A stretch of DNA of 64,000 nt from Thermoplasmatota archaeon (GTDB lineage: Archaea; Thermoplasmatota; Penumbrarchaeia; Penumbrarchaeales; Penumbrarchaeaceae): positions 8,257-72,256 of the forward strand of contig CBDDUX010000038.1 of assembly GCA_965234725.1 (NCBI GenBank). The letters run 5' to 3'. This document shows positions 59,665 through 64,000 of this stretch, one piece after another. Position numbers and translations under genes: made by a program. How positions within the stretch are numbered: the stretch's first letter is position 1; every line of letters begins with the position of its first letter. The notes beneath the pieces were generated by a model. That model ran no database searches. It was not told the DNA's origin and saw nothing but the letters and a program-made list of their open reading frames with translations.

Positions 59665-60416
59665 GTGGGTATGTCCTCTATCTTTGTGACCTCAGGGTGT
59701 GCCTTAGGGATCCATGGAATTCCTACCTTGCCGTTGCTGTAAAGCCACTTTGTGTCATCCTTCAAAGAAGGTTCCTTATCATTAACGGATGCAACAGGTC
59801 CGGTCCTAATCGGAAATCTCTTTCTTCTTTTCTTGTCGAACATCAACTCATTTAATCTCTTACCTGGCTTGATATCCTTGATGGCATGATACCGGTTCAA
59901 TCCTCTGAATCCGTAACAAAGGTCCCAATCACCATGGTAGATGCAGCCTGCGCAGGTCCGGTAAAAATAGTAGAGTCTCAAGGTGCCCATAAAACTGATC
60001 GATACCATGATCAAGAAAATGAAAAGAAGAATGAATTGCCATCCTGCAGGAATTGTGAGTGCCCATACGATCAACCCAGCCAGTGAAAAGCTTAAAGATA
60101 CCTTTGCGGCCAGTCGGGTTATCCTGCCTTCTGATCTCATAAGATATTTCATCATATGAAAAAGGCCGAATAGGACCGATATTCCAATAAGGACCGATTG
60201 ATGGAAGTATGGTTCAGGTATGTGTCTGTAGGATCTTGTGAGGAGTGTAAAAATGATAAGAATGAGAGCAAGGGGATATGAAATGGTGCATCCCATGCAG
60301 AATCTCCTTCCAAGAATAATATAGGTATCATTGTTGTAGAAAGAGCACAAAGGATGATGAGATCTGAGGAAGGGAGCCAGAGCTCTGAACACCGATAGGA
60401 CCTCCCCGAAAACCAT
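59661..60416 (-). CDS. Cys-rich membrane protein (CxxC pairs at both ends), hypothetical
   Basis: RFCMGC near N-terminus and CAGC...C near C-terminus, flanking 4 TM helices. Confidence 0.4.
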   Translation of the reverse strand: MVFGEVLSVFRALAPFLRSHHPLCSFYNNDTYIILGRRFCMGCTISYPLALILIIFTLLTRSYRHIPEPYFHQSVLIGISVLFGLFHMMKYLMRSEGRITRLAAKVSLSFSLAGLIVWALTIPAGWQFILLFIFLIMVSISFMGTLRLYYFYRTCAGCIYHGDWDLCYGFRGLNRYHAIKDIKPGKRLNELMFDKKRRKRFPIRTGPVASVNDKEPSLKDDTKWLYSNGKVGIPWIPKAHPEVTKIEDIPT

Positions 60417-60581
60417 GAAGGAGCAGCCCTATCATCTATTTTGAAATTTTTGCATCCTTTTTACAAGATGTGAGTGAATTGAACTGGACATGATCGATCT
60501 TGAAAATATGTTAATGAAAAATGCGAACAATTTAAATATTGATTTCATCAATCAGCTATTGTCTTGTTCCTATGGACATAG

Positions 60582-60836
60582 ATGATGATCGGGGGACTAA
60601 AAATGGTTGATAAGACTGTATTTGGAATATTGGCAATCTTGCTTGGATGGTTAGGTGTTCATAAATTCGTGGTGGGCCACACAAAATGGGGCGTAGTGTA
60701 CCTGCTCATAACTGTTTGTACTGGTGGAGCCCTGGCCTTCATTCCAGGGATCCTCGGACTCATAGCTGGGATCAAGGTCCTTATCGGAACGGATGAAGAG
60801 TACCAGGAATACATCGATAGCGAAGGATTCCTCTGA
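60582..60836 (+). CDS. TM2-domain protein
   Basis: LGWLGVHKFVVGHTKWGVVYLL matches TM2 motif (G-x-hG-hHrFY-G). 84 aa, 2 TM. Confidence 0.55.
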   Translation: MMIGGLKMVDKTVFGILAILLGWLGVHKFVVGHTKWGVVYLLITVCTGGALAFIPGILGLIAGIKVLIGTDEEYQEYIDSEGFL

Positions 60837-60837
60837 T

Positions 60838-60872
60838 CCAGAACATACGGGGAGCAGACTATACTGCTTCCC
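60838..60872 (+). terminator. Hairpin + T9 terminator after TM2 gene
   Basis: ggggagcag-actatact-gcttccc followed by ttttttttt. Confidence 0.4.
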
Positions 60873-60903
60873 TTTTTTTTATTCAATTCATTCCCTAATG
60901 ACC

Positions 60904-63900
60904 TCATTCCTCAATATCAATTTGGACCTGAGCGGTCACTATCTTTTGTGGAGATGGTTTCTTCTTTCCTTTAAGAATAAGGAAAATGACAACACTGGTG
61001 ATAATAAGCAGTAAAATTGTCATTATGGCAATGAACCAGGATTCCGGCTCACCTTCGTTCACCACAAGGGCCTGATAGAATCCGGAGAAAGCCACCATGA
61101 TGAATGAACCCGCACCTATCCTGCCTGCATATTTATGGATCTTCATGGTCGGCCTTTTATGTTTCATTATCTTGGTGTATTTGAAATATAATCCCAATCC
61201 AAGAGCAGTGAAGGACCCAATTATAGCAATGATACCGAACCAGGAATGCAGCACTCTCAGATGATCCCCGGTTCCGGATTCAACCATGATATAACCCAGG
61301 ATCAAACCGATCGTTCCCATTATCACTGAGGTCGACATCACATAGATATGGAATTTTAAGAAGAATTTCCATTTCTTTCGGTATTGTGAGACCCAGGCAG
61401 CTATCATACCTCCTACACCCAGGGTCATGAATATTGCATGGAACGGCCACAATACAACAGGGTCCTCACTTGAGGTCTCTCCTGATGCGATATCGATAGT
61501 TCCATAACCGACTCTTGTATGCATATTACTGAAGGAATCCGAATCACCGACCCCCCAGATTATCTTGACAGTTCCGTTCCTGGGGATCGGATTATCCTTA
61601 TCATCACCGGTATCCAGTTTTCGGACTATCTCTATGGTGGTAACACCATTTATCTCCCTTCCTCCGAATGAATCGATATCATCTGTTCCTCCCTGTTCAG
61701 TATCAGCGGGATGGGGGCCGGTTGGTCCTGTTGAATATGCATCAATGACCTTGACTGTTCCGTCTCCTTCCACCCATCCGAATATCATGTCGGAATCTGA
61801 CATTGCCGTACTGTAATCGATTCCAATTGAGACCCATCCAGTGGTCTTACCCTGAATGGCCAACCTTATCGAATCACCTTCCACTTTCCAGTATATGGTG
61901 ATGATCCCGTCTCCAAATGTACCGTTGAAATCATACTCATCTTCTGATATCATTCCATCCAGATCGGCTGTTACCGGTGGTTCTTTTCCGCCTGGACCAA
62001 TGGTTAAAACGGCAAATCCTCTCTTGGAGTGTGTCTCCCCGAAATCGTCGTGCTCTCCATAGGCCCACATGATGTTCAGGTTGCCTGCAGTGGGAATATC
62101 CTTGTCGTAATCGTCACCAGTGGAGATATTCCTTACGAACTCGATCGTCGTCACACCGTCAATTTCAGTTCCGTTATACTGAAGGATATCCATTGTTCCT
62201 CCAAGATGGGTGTCGGGAGGATGAGGGCCGAATTGACCCGTCGAATACGCATCTATGATATGGACAGCTCCATTTTCGATCCAACCAAGGACCACATCAG
62301 AGTCCATCATGACATCTTCTGGGTCGAACCCTATGGAGATCCATCCAGTGGTCCTGGCTGATATTGCCATGTGAAGGTCCTGGCCCTCGATCGTCCAGTG
62401 TACCTTGAAATTGTCGAAGTCAAAACTGGCAGAATCCTTGTACTCACCAGTTGAGATGATTCCATCCAATCCTCCCACAGGTTGGGGTTCATCCATGTAT
62501 AGTAGTAGTGTTCCGGATCCTCTATCTGAATGACTGCTCTCCGGATCATCCGAAGAACCCAATCCCCAGATGATATTGAGGGATCCGGAAGAGGGGATCT
62601 CTTTGTCGTATACATCCTGGGTATCCAATTCTCTTATGAATTCTATTGTTGTGTTCCCTTCTGTCTGGGTTCCGTTGAATGTGATGATATCATCCGAACC
62701 ACCAAGGTCCGTATCTAACGGGTGAGGTCCCAGGTTTCCCGTAGAATATGTATCCCAGAGACCTGGCCCGTCATCATCCACCCATCCGATGAGTAGATCG
62801 GCATCTTTCATCATGGTGGTTGGTTCGAATCCAATGGATACCCAGCCTTCGGTCTCACCAACCATTGCCATCCATATCCTGGTCCCGTTAATGGACCAGT
62901 GCAAAACAAAAGAACCTCCTCCGAAGGATGCGGAATCATCATATTCGTCCTCTGAAACGATTCCGTCCAGTGTGGTATTCCTCAGAGGTGGAGGGGGGGG
63001 TGGAGGAGTTGTATTGGTCCCGATCTTCCAGGTAGTTGTTCCTCTCCGTGTATGAAGTGAAGTTGGATCGTCCGAATCAGAGACTGCCCAGATGATCGTC
63101 ATAAGACCTGTTTTGTTGATGCTCTTATCATAAAGGTCTGTTGAGGTCATGTTCCTGAGGAACTCTATTGTTGTCCATCCATCCGACTCCGTCACATTGA
63201 AATCCAGGATATCATTTGTCCCACCAAGGGTAGTATCTTCAGGATGCGGTCCTTCAGGTCCTGTTGAAAATTGATCGAAAAGATGGGGATCGCCGTCATG
63301 ATATCCAAGCATCATATCGCCATCTGCCATCCTGTCGGAAGGATCGATGCCGAGAGATATCCACCCAGTTGCCTGGGCCCTGATCCCAATTGATATTGTG
63401 GTTCCATTTAAGTTCCAATGAAGTTCGAACCTATCTGAGTCGAATATCTTCGAGCTGTTATATTCCCCTTCAGAGATCATACCATCGAATTCTGAAAAAT
63501 GTAACGGTGGTGGAGGTGGTGGAGGAGGAACGGTTTCATTGGAGAGGTTCCACATGATCGTCCCTCTCCTTGTATGGGTGGCCATCGGATCGTCTGATTC
63601 AGCAACTGCCCAGATAAGTGGGAAAGCATGATCGGTCCAAATCGTACGATCATTAGAATCGCTGGTGGAAAGGTTCCTTCTGAACTCGAATGTGGTCCAG
63701 CCTCCGGATTCCGTTCCGTTATAGGAGATAATATCGAAAGTTCCACCCAGGTCCTCATCGCGGGAATGAGGACCTGTCGCACCCGTTGCGAAATGGTCCT
63801 CTGACTTTGCGAGGTTTCCTTCAACCCACCCGAAGATAAGATCCGCATCCAACATTCTATCGGTCGGGTCGATCCCGATCGACACATAACCGGAGACCTG

Positions 63901-64000
63901 TGCCCTGATCCCGATATCTATTGATGTTCCGTTCACTTTCCAGTATAGTTCGAACATGTCGCTGTCAGTTTTCGTTACGTTCCCATATTCATCCGGATCT
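60904..64000 (-). CDS. Five tandem DOMON-like domains fused to C-terminal di-heme cytochrome b (b561-like) membrane module; 5' end runs off window
   Basis: Five repeats of F.(L/V)HW...G..I..(A/G)I.(A/G)...GW(V/I)SIG(I/F)(D/E)P...M.D.D...GW. Poly-Pro linkers. C-terminal 5 TM with His in TM1-4. Reading frame open to window edge. Confidence 0.65.
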   Translation of the reverse strand, partial: DPDEYGNVTKTDSDMFELYWKVNGTSIDIGIRAQVSGYVSIGIDPTDRMLDADLIFGWVEGNLAKSEDHFATGATGPHSRDEDLGGTFDIISYNGTESGGWTTFEFRRNLSTSDSNDRTIWTDHAFPLIWAVAESDDPMATHTRRGTIMWNLSNETVPPPPPPPPLHFSEFDGMISEGEYNSSKIFDSDRFELHWNLNGTTISIGIRAQATGWISLGIDPSDRMADGDMMLGYHDGDPHLFDQFSTGPEGPHPEDTTLGGTNDILDFNVTESDGWTTIEFLRNMTSTDLYDKSINKTGLMTIIWAVSDSDDPTSLHTRRGTTTWKIGTNTTPPPPPPPLRNTTLDGIVSEDEYDDSASFGGGSFVLHWSINGTRIWMAMVGETEGWVSIGFEPTTMMKDADLLIGWVDDDGPGLWDTYSTGNLGPHPLDTDLGGSDDIITFNGTQTEGNTTIEFIRELDTQDVYDKEIPSSGSLNIIWGLGSSDDPESSHSDRGSGTLLLYMDEPQPVGGLDGIISTGEYKDSASFDFDNFKVHWTIEGQDLHMAISARTTGWISIGFDPEDVMMDSDVVLGWIENGAVHIIDAYSTGQFGPHPPDTHLGGTMDILQYNGTEIDGVTTIEFVRNISTGDDYDKDIPTAGNLNIMWAYGEHDDFGETHSKRGFAVLTIGPGGKEPPVTADLDGMISEDEYDFNGTFGDGIITIYWKVEGDSIRLAIQGKTTGWVSIGIDYSTAMSDSDMIFGWVEGDGTVKVIDAYSTGPTGPHPADTEQGGTDDIDSFGGREINGVTTIEIVRKLDTGDDKDNPIPRNGTVKIIWGVGDSDSFSNMHTRVGYGTIDIASGETSSEDPVVLWPFHAIFMTLGVGGMIAAWVSQYRKKWKFFLKFHIYVMSTSVIMGTIGLILGYIMVESGTGDHLRVLHSWFGIIAIIGSFTALGLGLYFKYTKIMKHKRPTMKIHKYAGRIGAGSFIMVAFSGFYQALVVNEGEPESWFIAIMTILLLIITSVVIFLILKGKKKPSPQKIVTAQVQIDIEE

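Overview
This window reads as an archaeal chromosomal segment of about 45-48% GC that is almost entirely coding. The archaeal call rests on aEF-1beta, ribosomal protein L37e, a Sm-like protein, archaeosine tRNA-guanine transglycosylase, AMP phosphorylase plus a ribose-1,5-bisphosphate isomerase-like eIF2B homolog, a THEP1 NTPase, BRE/TATA promoters and hairpin-plus-T-run terminators.

The gene content points to an extracellular protein/peptide-degrading euryarchaeote, possibly a Thermoplasmatota / MBG-D-like lineage (speculative). There are two clan-CD (gingipain/C25-like) cysteine peptidases, an OPT oligopeptide transporter, and several giant membrane-anchored surface proteins (PKD, CARDB-like, beta-propeller, DOMON) that carry a signal peptide, a C-terminal TM helix and a charged cytoplasmic tail.

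Housekeeping genes include aspS, tgtA, gyaR, a flavodiiron protein, thioredoxin/PDO redox proteins, tRNA-Asn(GTT), a Zn-ribbon-EF1beta-UPF0201 cluster and a Sm-L37e pair.

The most unusual items are:
- A divergent 510-aa FtsZ/tubulin-superfamily GTPase with an apparently altered T7 loop and a long unique C-terminal region (30627..32159).
- A pair of 48-bp self-palindromic direct repeats in the convergent intergenic region just downstream of it.
- A ChlI-like AAA+ ATPase with a Zn-ribbon insertion, paired with a charged vWA protein (39397..42799).
- A membrane-anchored regulator with an extracellular Ig-like domain and two cytoplasmic wHTH domains (12040..13740).
- A degenerate-MBL-like gene translationally coupled to the AMP-salvage pair e2b2-deoA, with no RuBisCO in the window (46033..49286).
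- A fivefold DOMON-repeat protein fused to a di-heme cytochrome-b membrane module (60904..64000).
- Two adjacent uncharacterised genes (50468..53065) and an AT-rich islet encoding a small wH protein (38415..39396).

No CRISPR array, transposase, integrase or rRNA gene was seen.
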